A DNA stretch of 64,000 nucleotides, from contig NC_045696.1 in NCBI RefSeq assembly GCF_009834535.1, positions 41,480,001 through 41,544,000 of the forward strand, given 5' to 3'. The notes beneath the pieces were generated by a model. That model was not told where the DNA came from and made no database searches. It worked only from the letters and a program-made list of their open reading frames with translations. The stretch is from Camelus ferus. Its lineage: Eukaryota. Positions 12,630 through 25,730 of the stretch are shown in pieces. The first letter of the stretch is position 1, and each line of letters starts with the position of its first letter. The position numbers were made by a program, and so were the translations under genes.

Positions 12630-14060
12630 CTGTTGTACACTCATATTTATAGCAGCATATTCACAGTAGCTAAAAGGTAGAAGCAGCCCAGTGTCCAACA
12701 AGAGATGAAAAGATAAATAAAATGGGTCATATACATACAATGGAATATTTTTCAGCCTTGAGAAAAAGGAAACTCTGATATGACACATGCTACAACATGG
12801 ATGAAACTTGAGGATATTATATTAAGTGAAATAAGCCAGTCACAATCACACAAAGACTGCATGATTCCACTGATATGTGGTAACTAAAGTAGTCAGACTC
12901 TCAGCAACAGAAGGTAGAATGGTGGTGGCCAAGGACCAGGGGAAGGAGAGAAGAGGGAGCTGTTATTTAATGAGTACAGAGTTTCAGTTTTGCAAGACAT
13001 AAGGAGTTCTGGAGATTGGCTGCACAACAATGAGAATGTATTTTTTTTTTTTTACTTTAAATTTTTCTATTTTGGAATAATTTTATATCTACAGAAAAGT
13101 TGCAATGATGGTATAGAGAGTTCCCATATACCCCTCACCTGATTATCTACTGTTAACGTATTATATAATCAGTACATTTGTCAAAACTAAGACATTAACA
13201 TTGGTACAATACCATTAACTAAATTCCAGACTTTATCCACATTTCTCCAGTTTTTCCTCAAATGTCCTTTTCCTGTTCTGCGGTCCCAAAAAGGATACCA
13301 CATCACATATAGGTGCCAAGTCTCCCCAGCCTCCTCTGATCTGTAATAGTTTCTCAGACTTTCCTTGTTTTTGATGATCTTAGCAGTTTTGGTGAACACT
13401 GGTCAGGTGTTTTGTAAGACTTGGGTTATGAGTAGGAACTGGCTTTTTAATTTAGTTTTAACTAAAATATAAAACTGATGCTTGATTCAATTACCAGACA
13501 ACTTTTAAGCATGTCTGGAATAACTTGGATATGTGAGACTACATTTTCAATTGTAAATTTTATGAACTTCAATTTCAGATCAATGATTTTCGATGAAAAT
13601 TTAGCATTCAAATTGAGATGTGCTGTAAGTGACAAATGCTTATACTGGATTACAAAGACAATATGAAAGAAGGATATGAACCATGGCATGAGTAACTGTT
13701 TATATTTATTACATGCTGAAATTATAGTATTTTGGATATGATGAGTTAAGTCATAAATATTATTAACACTGCTCTCACCAATTTCTTTTGTTTAGAACAG
13801 GTCTTTTCTTTTTTTTTCTTTTTTTCCTTCCAGCTTTATTGCGATATAATTGACACACAGCACTGTATAAGTTTAAGGTGTGTGGCACAATGATTTGACT
13901 TACATACATCATGAAATGATAATCACAGTAAGTTTAGTGAACATCCCTCATCTCATATAGATACAACAAATGGAAATGTACTTAACACTACTGGATTGTA
14001 TACTTAAAAATGGTGAGGACGGCCATTTTTATGTTGTGTGTATTTTACTAAGATTTAAAA
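12630..14060 (+). mobile_element. L1MB-like 3' end, split by the insertion at 13041-13962
   Basis: Consensus ...gcacaacaatgagaatgta breaks at 13040 and resumes as cttaacactact at 13981. Confidence 0.85.
13041..13962 (-). mobile_element. Composite insert: L1 3' end + Charlie/MER33-like fragment + L1MC-like 3' end
   Basis: Two T-tracts (13041-13053 and ~13804-13829). Degenerate TSD at 13024-13040 and 13963-13980. Confidence 0.7.
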
Positions 14061-14069
14061 CAAACAAAT

Positions 14070-14193
14070 AGTAACTTATGGTAAAAAAGAATATGAAAAT
14101 CAATATATGTATGTTTATGTGTGACTGAAGCATTGTGCTGTACACCAGAAATTGACACAACATTGTAAAATGACTATGCTTCAATTAAAAAAA
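14070..14193 (+). mobile_element. Very short LINE-1 3' end
   Basis: tgtgctgtacaccagaaattgacacaacattgt followed by an A-tail. Confidence 0.85.
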
Positions 14194-16715
14194 ATCCTCA
14201 CCAAGATATTAGCAAGTAGAATCCAATAGCACGTAAAAAAGATTATACATCATGACCAAGTGGGGTTCATCCCAGGGACACAAGAGTGGTTCAACATACG
14301 CAAATCAATCAATGTAATACATCACACCAACAAGAGAAAGGACAAAAACCACATGATCATCTCAATTGATGCAGAAAAAGCATTTGACAAAATTCAACAC
14401 CCATTTATGGTAAAAACTCTCATCAAAGTGGGTATAGAGGGAATGTATCTCAATATAATAAAAGTTATATATGACAAACCTACAGCCAGCATAGTATTCA
14501 ACGGTGAAAAACTCAAAAGCTTCCCACTAAAATCTGGGACAAGACAAGGATGCCCACTATCACCACTCCTATTCAACATAGTCCTGGAAGTCCTAGCCAC
14601 AGCAATCAGACAAGAGAGAGAAATAAAAGGGATCCAAATTGGAAAAGAAGAGGTAAAAGTGTCACTATATGCCGACGACATGTTACTATATATAGAAGAC
14701 CCTAAAAGGTCCACAAAAAAACTGCTAAAGCTGATCGAAGAATTCAGCAAGGTAGCAGGTTACAAGATTAACGTTCAAAAATCATTTGCATTTCTTTACA
14801 CTAACGATGAATGAACAGAAAAAGAAAATAAAGAAACAATCCCCTTTAAAATAGCACCCAAAGTAATAACATACCTAGGAATAAATCTAACCAAGGAGGT
14901 GAAAGAATTATACACAGAAAACTATAAACCACTGATGAAGGAAATTAAAGGAGACTTTAAAAAGTGGAAAGATATCCCACGCTCTTGGATTGGAAGAATC
15001 AATATTGTTAAAATGGTCACACTGCCCAAGGCAATCTACAGATTTAATGCAATCCATATCGAATTACCCAGGACATATTTCACAGAACTAGAACAAATCA
15101 TAATAAAATTCATATGGAACCATCAAAGACCTAGAATTGCCAAAGCATTACTGAAGAGAAAGAAAGAGGCTAGAGGAATAACTCTCCCAGACTTCAGACA
15201 ATACTATAGAGCTATAGTCATCAAGACAGCATAGTATTGGTACAAAAACAGACATATAGACCAATGGAACAGAACAGAGAGCCCAGAAATGAACCCACAA
15301 ACTTTTGGTCAACTAATCTTCGACAAAGGAGGCAAGAATATACAATGGAATAAAGACAATCTCTTCAGCAAATGGTGTTGGGAAAACTGGACAGCAGCGT
15401 ATAAAGCTATGAAGCTAGAACACTCCCTTATACCATACACAAAAATAAACTCCAAATGGATCAAAGACTTAAACATAAGACAAGATACACTAAACCTCCT
15501 AGAAGAAAATATAGGCAAAACATTATCTGACATATATCTCAAAAATGTTCTCCTAGAACAGTCCACTCAAGCAATAGAAATAAAAGCAAGAATAAACAAA
15601 TGGGACCTAATGAAACTTACAAGCTTCTGCACAGCAAAGGAAACCATAAGTAAAACAAAAAAACAACCTATGGAATGGGAGAAAATTTTTGCAAATGAAA
15701 CCGACAAAGGCTTGATCTCCAGAATATATAAGCAGCTCATATGACTTAACAAGAAACAACCAAACAACCCAATCAACCCAATCCAAAAGTGGGCAGAAGT
15801 CCTAAACAAGCAATTCTCCAAAGAAGACATACAAATGATCAATAGGCACATGAAAAAAATGCTCAATATCACTAATTACCAGAGAAATGCAAATCAAAAC
15901 TACAATGAGGTATCGCCTCACACCAGTCAGAATGGCCATCATTCAAAAATCCACAAATGACAAATGCTGGAGTGGCTGTGGGGAAAGGGAAACCCTCCTA
16001 CACTGCTGGTGGGAATGCAGTTTGGTGCAGCCACTGTGGAAAACAGTATGGAGATTCCTCAAAATACTAGGAATAGACTTACCATAGGACCCAGGAATCC
16101 CGCTCCTGGGCATATATCCAGAAGGAACCCTACTTCAGGATGACACCTGCACCCCAATGTTCATAGCAGCACTATTTACAATAGCCAAGACATGGAGACA
16201 GCCTAAATGTCCATCAACAGATCACTGGATAAAGAATAAGTGGTATATTTATACAATGGAATACTACTCAGCCATAGAAACCAACAACATAATGCCATTT
16301 GCAGCAACATGGATGCTCTTGGAGAATGTCATTCTAAGTGAAGAAAGCCAGAAAGAGAAAGAAAAATACCATATGAGATCGCTCATATGTGGAATCTAAA
16401 AAAAACAAAAAACAAAAACAAACAAACAAAGCATAAATACAAAACAGAAATGGACTCATAGACATAGAATACAAACTTGTGGTTGCCAAGGGGGCGGAGG
16501 GTGGGAAGGGATAGACGGGATTTCAAAATTGTAGAACAGACAAACAAGATTATACTGTATAGCACAGGGGAATATACACAAGATCTTATGGTAGCTCACA
16601 GAGAAAAAAATGTGACAATGAATATACATATGTTCATGTATAACTGAAAACTTGTGCTCTACACTGGAATTTGACACAACATTGTAAAGTGATTATAAAT
16701 CAATAAAAAATGTTA
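14194..16715 (+). mobile_element. Relatively young 5'-truncated LINE-1 (RT domain to 3'UTR), inactive
   Basis: ORFs at 14260, 14899 and 15289 share a frame, contain QGCPLSP and YADD RT motifs, and are separated by nonsense codons. A frameshift precedes 15887. Cys-rich C-terminus (HCWWEC, CTPMF) and a terminal AATAAA. Confidence 0.97.
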
Positions 16716-17033
16716 AAGTATATATATATAAGTGTATACACAAAAAGAAACCCACATACCCATCAGGACCCCAAAATTTTTTTTAATTAAAAAAAAATAA
16801 AAACAAACTAACATTCCCATCTGCCTAAGTTGTGTTTCCCTCACCTTCACCAATCCTTTCACTTTCTTCCCTGCTCAGTATTATACTATTTTGCGAGGCA
16901 GGAAGTGGGGTCAATGAGATAAAACTCCCACACAGACACTCTTTCTATTTTACAATGTGTTCAAAGGAAAATGACAACTCTAAAATGAGGACCAGTCTCC
17001 AGCACAATAAAGAGCCATCTAGTTAAAGGATAC

Positions 17034-17152
17034 AAATTCTTTAACACCAATGACATAGTCCACTGGAAACAGGTTTCTACAGGAACTGACGTTTTCAAGT
17101 CATATCCAGTGTTTGTGTTCAGTTCATCTTCCAGCCAGGGCATCTCCGAGGA
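17034..17152 (-). other. Candidate 119-nt exon with U12-type 5' splice site
   Basis: Acceptor cctctgtcttgcag. The exon is followed by GTATCCTTT, the minor-spliceosome donor consensus. One frame is open: SSEMPWLEDELNTNTGYDLKTSVPVETCFQWTMSLVLKN. Confidence 0.4.
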
Positions 17153-17174
17153 CTGCAAGACAGAGGCCACTAGT

Positions 17175-17410
17175 ATTTAATAAACCTCTATAGCACTACT
17201 CATTGTGTGTTGGGCACGGTCATAAGCACTTACAAATGTAAGCTGAATTAGTCTGCAAAACAACCCTAAGAAGTAGTAGCAGTGGCATGTGCATTTTATA
17301 GGTGAGCACATTAGGACATAGAGAGGTTAAGTAACTTGCCCAAGGTCACACAGCTAGCCAGTGGCAGAGCCAAAATTTGGACAAAAGCAGCCTGGCTGCA
17401 GAATTTACGC
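17175..17410 (-). mobile_element. MIR
   Basis: cattttataggtgag...agagaggttaagtaacttgcccaaggtcacacagctag is the MIR core, antisense to the consensus. Confidence 0.9.
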
Positions 17411-17538
17411 TATGTGGCCTGTCACTTGTAGTTTTTTTGTGGGCCCTTAGATATGAAATACACACACAAGTCAGAAATTTTTTAAAAGTTTAAACCTCAC
17501 TGCCTTCTTTCAAACCTGCCAGTGTTGCTCGTTCACTT

Positions 17539-17715
17539 TTTTTTTTCATGGCTTGACCATCTTATTTTTTTTCCTTTTCTTTAAAAAAATTTTTTTTTAT
17601 TGACAAATAGTTCACAGTGTTGCACAGGGAACTATATTCGATGTCTTGTAGTAGGTTATGGTGAAAAAGAATGTGAAAATGAATATATGCATATTCATGT
17701 ACGACTGAAGCATGG
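17539..17715 (-). mobile_element. Tiny 5'-inverted LINE-1 with a short 3' extra segment
   Basis: TSD tgctc(g/a)ttcactt at 17526-17538 and 17716-17728. Two T-tracts at left, then + oriented L1 3'UTR from ~17621. Confidence 0.8.
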
Positions 17716-18437
17716 TGCTCATTCACTTCACATACGCCCTCTTTTGGAGGTAAAATCAGAAGTCTGGTTGTGAGCGCGGCTGCTCTCTCCGCCCCCATCT
17801 CTCCACTAGACCCTGCTTCTCTCCACCCCAGCTCTAACCTCAGCTCCAGTTCAAACCCACCTTCTTGATGACCACTCGACTCCTGACTGGGCTTCTCTGG
17901 AAACTCCTAGAGTCTTTCTGACTTATTTCTCCCTCTCCGGGCCCAGCTGTCAGGTCCACTTTCCTAATGACTCCCTTGACCTAAAGGCTTCTCCCTGTGT
18001 GGAGTCTGTTTGTGTTCGAGGTGCCATTCTTTCACAGGGCCCCACACAGCCTCACAGAGCCACTCTTCATCCTCTTCACTTCCTGGGGTTCATCTCTGGT
18101 CAGTATGTGTTTCTGATCAACTACCTTTTTTCAGGCCAACCTTCCATTTTTCTGGTGCCAACATCTGATGATTCTCCATCCACACAGCCCAGCAGGCTCA
18201 ATCCTACCCACTGATTTCTTCCCTAGGGCCTGAAACCCACCCGGCTGACCTCAAAAAGATAGACCAGCTCCATAATTTTTCTTCATGATTTTGAAGGAAA
18301 AAAAAGTATTGGGAACAAGGGGTAGGAAGGTGGGTGGTAAAGAAAACAACTGACCAGAGTGACCATTCTGACAGCTGGGCCCACTGATTGCCAACAAAGC
18401 TCAAACAATCCAACATTTGATCCCGCAGGAGTTAAAG

Positions 18438-18625
18438 CAGAGGTAGGCAAACATTTCCCGTAAAGGGCCAGGAAGGAAATATTTTAGACTTTGTAGGCTA
18501 CATATGCCCACTGTAGGGTGGAAGCAGAGATCGATGAATAAATGAATGGGTGTGGCTTTGTTCCAATAAATCTTTATTTATAGAGACAGGTACTGGGCTG
18601 GATTTTGGCCCATGGGCCATAATTT
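18438..18625 (+). mobile_element. MER58-like hAT-Charlie MITE
   Basis: ggcaaacatttcccgtaaagggccag...ggctttgttccaataaa...ggattttggcccatgggcc. Confidence 0.85.
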
Positions 18626-19159
18626 CTTTCTCTTTCAATTAAAGCACTAGAACCGTTTGTGAAGTTTTCCAGCTTTAAGATGGGTTTCTGAAACCAGAGT
18701 CCCTCCTTACAGTTTTTTAGACTGTATTGTACTTCACTAACTCTCCACTAAAAGTAAAATTAAACTAGAATAAAGTAAAATAAGAAACGTGAGCCCTTAC
18801 ACCATCTGCCATATTCCTTTAGGCAAAAGAACACATCTCAGACATGACAGTCATTTGCAGCCAAAACTGATAACCATCTGCTAGCACAAAGACAGCCTCA
18901 GTCAGGTGCTTTTTCATTTCCACAGAGCACCTTCTCTTATAAAATATTCATGGAGGATCTCCAGACCTGGCTTTACCAAGTACAGGTTTGAGACAGCAAA
19001 AATAAAGCTTTGTGCAGGCCCGTCTCTGAGCACGTGAAGAGCAGAAAGCGCTGGGGCCTCAGGGAGCAATGGGTCACTAACGCCAGCCTCGGAGACAGTT
19101 TTCACAACCTGGGACCTTCCTGACTGCTCCACTTTAGCCTCACAAGGCTCTGAGGTGCT

Positions 19160-20340
19160 CGTTCATTAACTCACTTTTTCATTTGCTTCGCAAATGTTTT
19201 TGGACAGCTGCTATGGGCCAGACATGTTGCTAGGCTCCTGGAAAGCAAAGACAAAGACAGAAAGATAGACGACAGGAAACAAAGAACAGCATCTGTCCTT
19301 GAAGAGCTGACCGTCTGCTGCATGCTGTCCTTAGAACTTCCGGCAGCGACAGACACGTTCTCGACTCAGCACCGCCCAATATGGTAGCTACCAGTGCCCA
19401 ACACGGGGCTCTTTAGCACTTGAAATGTGGCTGGAGTGACTGGGAACCTGAATTTTAAATTTCATTTAATTGTACTTAAACTTAAATAGTCACTTGTGGC
19501 TAGTGGCTACTGTAAGAGACATGCAGGGTTAGTGGGGAAAATACTTGAATCAAATGAATATTACATCTGTGCTCTCTGCTAAGAAGGACATTAGGCCCTG
19601 AGTGCTCTGATAACAACTAATAGGATGATTTCACCAAGTCAGGAAGATCAGGAAAAGCTTCTCTAAGGAAGTGGCAAAGGAGGAGAAATCTGAAAAAATA
19701 GGAATAGGGATCAACTAGATGGAGCAGGGTGTCACAGAAGGCAATCCAGGCATCAAGAACTAAGGGGAAATGATACTGTGTAATATCAGTGTGGTGGGAG
19801 CAGAGGGTGTTAGGTGAATGGGAGCCAGACCTTACTGGGTATGACAGGCCACAGAAGGGATTCTGGTGTTTAGCCTCAGAACAGCAGTTGAGTGTTTGTA
19901 TGTGAAGTGACTGCATTTGCACTTTGCAAAACTCCCTGATTGCAGGACACAGAACATGCTGAAGGACGGAAAGAGAAAACACAGGGAGATCAGTAAACTA
20001 GCTATGGCAACAGTCCAGGTGACCAGTAATAGTATGCGGCTTGAATCCAGACAGATTTGTGGGACATATAGAAAGCAAAACTGACACATCCTGGGGAAAA
20101 CTTGGATATGAGAAATAAGGAAAGAAGATCAGTTTCAAGGTTGACAATACAATTTGTACATCCTAGTGGATGGGAGTGTTATTAACTAACAGAAAACACG
20201 GTGGGAGGAGTAGGTCTTGTGGGGAATGGATCTTCATATTAAGTTTGAGGTGCTCAGAGACATCCAAATGGTATGTTGAATAGGCAGCATCTCAGAGAAG
20301 ACATAAGGGTTGAAGATAGAAACTGGTGGATCATTAGGGA
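19160..20340 (-). mobile_element. LINE-2, degraded, interrupted by a MER3-like MITE
   Basis: Antisense L2 motifs atcaggaaaagcttctctaaggaagtg and aagtttgaggtgctcagagacatccaa. Confidence 0.75.
19368..19515. mobile_element. MER3-like hAT-Charlie MITE
   Basis: ccaatatggtagctac...agcacttgaaatgtggct...tgtggctagtggctactgta. Confidence 0.8.
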
Positions 20341-20781
20341 ATAGCATATTAGTACTTCTGTCCCCATGATGATGTGAGGTGTGCTTGGCAAGCTGTCAGT
20401 TTTTGTTAATAAATACAGACAAGACAAGTGTATGTACAAACAGAAGTACATTTAATGCAATGCAATAATTACAACAGTAGTTTAAATGGAAGAGATCAGG
20501 AAGTATTCAAACGGGGGAAAGTGCTGGTGGGATTCATTTGGAAAAGCTTTGTAAGAAAATAAAACTACGTAAAGAGATGTGGGAAAGGGCATGAGAAATT
20601 GACACACAGTGGGTGCTCCATGCAACAGGAGAGATGGAAAGATTCAATTCAAGCTCAGGTCTCAGAGAACCAAACTGACCTAGAAGAGAACACTGTAGTT
20701 CAGGTTAACAGATGGAAACAAGTATATGGGAAGGTGGGACAAGAGTGAGTGGCACAGAGAATTAAGGGTGAGTAGACGTTT

Positions 20782-21194
20782 ATTTGCAGCAACAGAGATG
20801 GACCTAGAGATTATCATACTAAGTGAAGTTAAGTCAGACAACAACAACTACCATATGATATCACTTATACATGGAATTTAAAATAACGATACAAATGAAC
20901 TTGTTTACAAAACAGAAACAGACTCACAGACATAGAAAACAAATTCATGGTTGCCAAAGAGAAAAGGGGAACAAGAATAAATTAGGAGTTTGAGATTAGC
21001 AGATACAAATTCCTATATATAAAATAAATAAACAACAAGGTCCTACTCTATAGCACAGGGAATTATATTCAATATCTTATAACAACCTATAATAAAAAAG
21101 AATATATATACATATATGTAACTGAATCACTATGCTATATACCAGAAACTAATGTAACACTGTTAATCAATTATACTTCAAAAAAAAAAAAAAA
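20782..21194 (+). mobile_element. LINE-1 3' end
   Basis: atttgcagcaac...gacctagagattatcatactaagtgaag, 3'UTR and A-tail. Confidence 0.93.
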
Positions 21195-21295
21195 CCAAAC
21201 AGTGGTGGACCTTTTAAAATTAATTTGTTCAGTTTCTGCATATGGGTGATAATTATATTTGAGTGCAGATAAGTTAAATATTTAATTATAAAACA

Positions 21296-21775
21296 GAATA
21301 CTACTCAGCCATAAAAAGAATAAAATAATACCACTTGCAGCAACATGGATGGACCTGGAGATTGTCATACTAAGTAAAGTAAGCCAGAAAGAAAAAGACA
21401 AATACCATATGATATCACATATATGTGGAATTTTAAAAAAACGACACAAATAAACTTATTTACAAAACAGAAACAGACTCACAGACACAGAAAACAATCT
21501 TATGGTTACCAGGGGGAAAGAGGGATAAATTGGGAATTTGGGATTTGTAGATACAACTACTATATATAAAATAGATAAACAATAGGGTCCTAAGGTATAG
21601 CACAGGGAACTATATTCAATATCTTGTAATAGCCTCTAATGAAAAAGAACATGAAAAAGAATATATATGTATATGTACAACTGAGTCCACTATGCTGTAC
21701 ACCAGAAATTAACACAACATTTTGAACCACCAACTATACTTCAATTTTAAAAATTAAAATTAAAAATAAAATTTT
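21296..21775 (+). mobile_element. LINE-1 3' end
   Basis: gaatactactcagccataaaaagaat, 3'UTR and A-rich tail. Confidence 0.93.
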
Positions 21776-22399
21776 TTAAAAAGTGTCACAATATAATTGA
21801 TAATATGAATTGGAAAGCTGTTCAAGTCTTTCATCTCCTTCTTATACACTGTTTCCATCTTAGATGCTTGTCCCCTCCTTACACTGGTGAAAAGACAACT
21901 CAATGTTTGTAATTTATCTGCTCTCAGCTGGCCACATGCATGACTGCATCTGTCTTCCCACTATTCCACTAGCTGAGATCAAGATCTCCCAAAGCCCTCC
22001 TACTGGACTACAGGCTAATGGAGAAATAAAATATAGAAAATGGTTACAATTTCTCCAATCAATAATTTTATAATGTACCCTGAAAATCACAACACTAAGA
22101 ACACAAATTTTCATTGGTCTCCACACAGTAAAACTCTGTTGACTGTCACTAAGATTCTAGGAAATGTGTTCAGACTGCTTCAGGACATAAAAGGAATTGA
22201 GTCTAAATCTAATCAGAATATAAACAAATATCCAGGTATTTCAGGTGAAGACATACTCTTTGAAGCTACTGACACTCATCCAGTCCCACCTGTCTTCCTA
22301 CCAGAAGCAGCCAGTAAGAGGAATGTGGCATATATCCCTACCTGTCCAAGCTTTTATATCTTTACTACATTTATGAATACAAAAACAATTATAGCATTG

Positions 22400-23000
22400 T
22401 TTTGGGTTCGATTTACCCAAATGTTGTTCTATAATATGAATCACTCTCAAACTTGCTTTTTCATCTACCTTTAATTTTCAGATTTATCCATATTGATATG
22501 TATAGCTTTGGTTTGTTTTAATTGCTTTTAATTTTCCAACATACAAATAAACCACATTTTATCCACTCCCCTATTGACAGATACCAAATTACTTCCAGTT
22601 CACAATTACAAAAATATAACCATGAAGATATTTTACATATCTTCCCATGTACATGAGCAAGAGGTTCTAGATCAACCTAGATCAATCTAGACCTAGATCA
22701 AGAGTGTCTTAGGTTATGGTTTCACTAGATATTGTTGCCAAAATGTCTCAAAAAGTGGTGGGAACTATTAACACATCAGCAGCAGTGGGTAAGATCTTTT
22801 CTACACACATCTGACTTTTTGATGTTTGCCAATTAAATGGGTGTGAAATGGTATCTCATTTTAATCTTTTTCCTTGTTTACAAGTTTCACTAATTACTAC
22901 TGTCACCATTTAAGTTAGGCATCCTTTTTATGTTTATTGTCTGTTTACCTTTTCTCTGCACTGCTGGTTCATATCTTTTGTCCATTTTACACTTACCTAT
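22400..23000 (-). mobile_element. Old LINE-1 (L1ME-like) 3' fragment
   Basis: tttatccactcccctattgacaga and atgggtgtgaaatggtatctcatttt. Confidence 0.7.
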
Positions 23001-23468
23001 CATTTTTCCCAGAGTTCTTTATATACCAATATGTGTCTCGATATAAGGCATTTCCAAATATAAGGCTATGTCTCCCAGTGTTCCAAATGAAATACAAAAA
23101 GTTTTGTACAACTTTAATATTAAAATATTTATGTATTAAGATAAAATCATCAATATGCCTATATATCATATTGATGTAAATGTCATATCAAATGCATATT
23201 TTAAATCATACATTAATCATAATAAATTACTTTAAGACTATTGCTTTCTCCCTCACATTTCATTAACAATTTTATTCAGATTTCTAACGAGCACATACAA
23301 CATCAGGGTTTGTCATGATTGAACCACTTTTGCATCATTTATAGTTTTCTAAAGCAGACCACTTCTACTTCTAGTCAGATAAATTTTGAACTTGTGTTTA
23401 ATACACTCTCAAGACTGCTCCAAACTACCAAATACCACTTGCTATTCGTGATTTTCACTGTAAGATCA

Positions 23469-23988
23469 TGTGTTGGGTTGCTTTTTGCATGAGTTATCTT
23501 CATCTGCCCCTTCTGATCCACTCCCCTTCCTTCTCCATCCTGCTTTCTGCCCTGGAAATATGACCTGTGTGAGCCACAAGCCCAGGATCCCTTGTTCTCA
23601 GGCTTCCTGCTGGGGGCCGCCAATGGAAGGCTTGGCAGGAGGTGAGAAGTGGGGAGGAGAGTGAGGCTGGGGCATTTATTCCTCTGGCTCCCTGTCTTGG
23701 AGGTCACCGCAGCCTGGCTGCATCCCCGGACAGAATGTCATTGCTCCTCTCAAGGCACTCTGCTCCTGATGACTCTCCTTCCCCATCCACAGACCTCTCC
23801 TTCCCCCTCGGTTTCCCCTTGCAGACCTAGGAGTGGGCAGGGTTCTGAGCCTGCTAACTCTGGCTTCCTTGCACTTTCCTTACACCCCACCAGCCTACTT
23901 TTATAAGTAGCCTTTTGATTTATAGATGCTCCTTGAATTGTCCTAATTTGAATGTGCCATCATTTTCCCATTGAGAAACTGATTGATC
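23469..23988. mobile_element. LTR33-like (ERVL) solo LTR, old
   Basis: gccccttctgatccactcc...ccaatggaagg...ggcaggaggtgagaagtggggaggagagtgaggctggggcatttattcc matches the recalled LTR33 consensus. Confidence 0.75.
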
Positions 23989-24289
23989 TTACTATTCTAA
24001 AAATGATCTTTGGGGTAATTTTTTTAGTTAAAATTATTCAATGTAAAAAGTCTTTAGAAGGCCAGTTTCCTACAACATCTAACCCTTGCACTTTGAGGGG
24101 CTGTATTCCAGGAATAAATAATCTGTAATAACCTTCTTGATATCCTTTTGTTTGTTCTGTTGTTTTAACCTGCTCCAACCTGGGCCTTCTACAAATATGC
24201 ACCAGCAGCACTGACCGGGTGGGGTTGGGCTGTCTGCACGTTTCAGAGACTTGAAAGACTCTGATAAGTCCTCTTTTCAAAATGAGCAG

Positions 24290-25400
24290 TCATTTTGGGG
24301 AAATAAACATCGCCTTCTATTTCATCATATATAGTATTCTGGATCTTAATATTCTGTAATTTGTGTTGTATATCTCTTCTTTCCATCCACCACTTGACCT
24401 TTAAATTTGTTTATAATGTGCTTTGTCAAAAGGTGTTTGTTTTAATTTACACAAATTTATCTGTCTTTTATGTTATGGCTTGTGGTTTTCATCTCTTTTA
24501 AGAAATTCTTCCCTACCCCAAGTTTATAAAGATATTCTTCATGTTTATTTCTAAATGTTTTAAAGTTTCTTTTTTTACATTCTGGTATGCAATTTGAGCT
24601 AGAGATCTAATTTTATAATTTTCCATATGGAGAGCCAATTGGCATCCCCATCAACTGAAAAGTCTGTTATTTCTTTAATGATTTAAATGCCATCTCAAGG
24701 GTTTTGTAACTATACAGGTCTCCCCTAGGCTCTCTCCTGCTCCATTGTACATCGCTGCACCGATTCAACACCATGGTTCCATAGTCGTGACAGCTAGTAG
24801 GACGAATGCACCCACCATGTTCTTCAAAAGTTCTGGATGTTTTTGGCCCCTTTACTGCTAAAATAGACAACTTTTCCATAGACTACAATATGAACAGTGT
24901 CCCCCGGAGTTGACCATTTCTTCCATTTGAATTTTAGAATTTAATTCTCTCATTTACATGAAAAAATCCTGCTGGAATTTTGAGTGGGGTTACATTGACT
25001 TTATAAATTAATTTAGGAGAGAAGAAACATTTTTACCATTCTAAGTCCTCCCACATAGCAAAATGATGATTTCAGCTCCCAATGTATTCAGATTTTCTTT
25101 CACTTTTAAAGATTTCTTTCATAAAGTATCTTTTATCTTTTGGTTGTTTAATTGGTACTCCATGAAATGGATGTTTTTATGTTTTCAAATTGATTGTTAC
25201 TAACACAGGAATTCTATTTTAAAAAAATTTAGCCACCATGCTGATATGTTCAAAGTTTCATAGTTCATTTCTATTGGATTTTCTATGCATATACTCACAT
25301 CACTACAAAAAACAAAAAGTTTGCCTCTTTGTTTTCAGTCATGACATCCCTAATTCATCTCTTTGACAAGAAGCAATGACAGAGATCCTTTTCTTTTTCA
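24290..25400 (-). mobile_element. Old LINE-1 ORF2 remnants
   Basis: aagaaattcttccctacccca and aaaaaatcctgctggaattttgagtgggg. Confidence 0.65.
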
Positions 25401-25730
25401 TATTAATGATAATATTTCTAACATTTCTCCCTTTATGGTCACATAATGATATTTGATTCAGATCACACAAATTAAAAAATTAAGTCAAAGAGTAAAAAAC
25501 ATTCTCAGCACCTGAGTCCTTCACAATCTCCACACATCAACATTTCATTAACATATCTATGAGGCTTCAGTTGGTTCATTCAATTATTTATTAATACCAC
25601 AGTCACTGGAGGGTCCATGTAGTCAAAAACTCCACTGTCATCCAGAAAAGGTAAGAGTAGCAAATAACATAAACTCTATCCTGTATTGTAGCCTTTCTTT
25701 GTTCAATTATTTAAAGCAAAATCAACTTGG

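Noticed and set aside
14260..16399. Active reverse transcriptase gene
   Set aside because: 5'-truncated L1 with nonsense codons and a frameshift. No promoter, ORF1 or endonuclease.
18926..18985. + strand 60-nt exon-like segment (STFSYKIFMEDLQTWLYQVQ)
   Set aside because: Good acceptor but weak donor (gtttga), no recognised homology and no convincing partner exons. Not fully excluded.
22040..22474. 144-aa ORF
   Set aside because: No recognisable domain, and it runs into an old L1 fragment.
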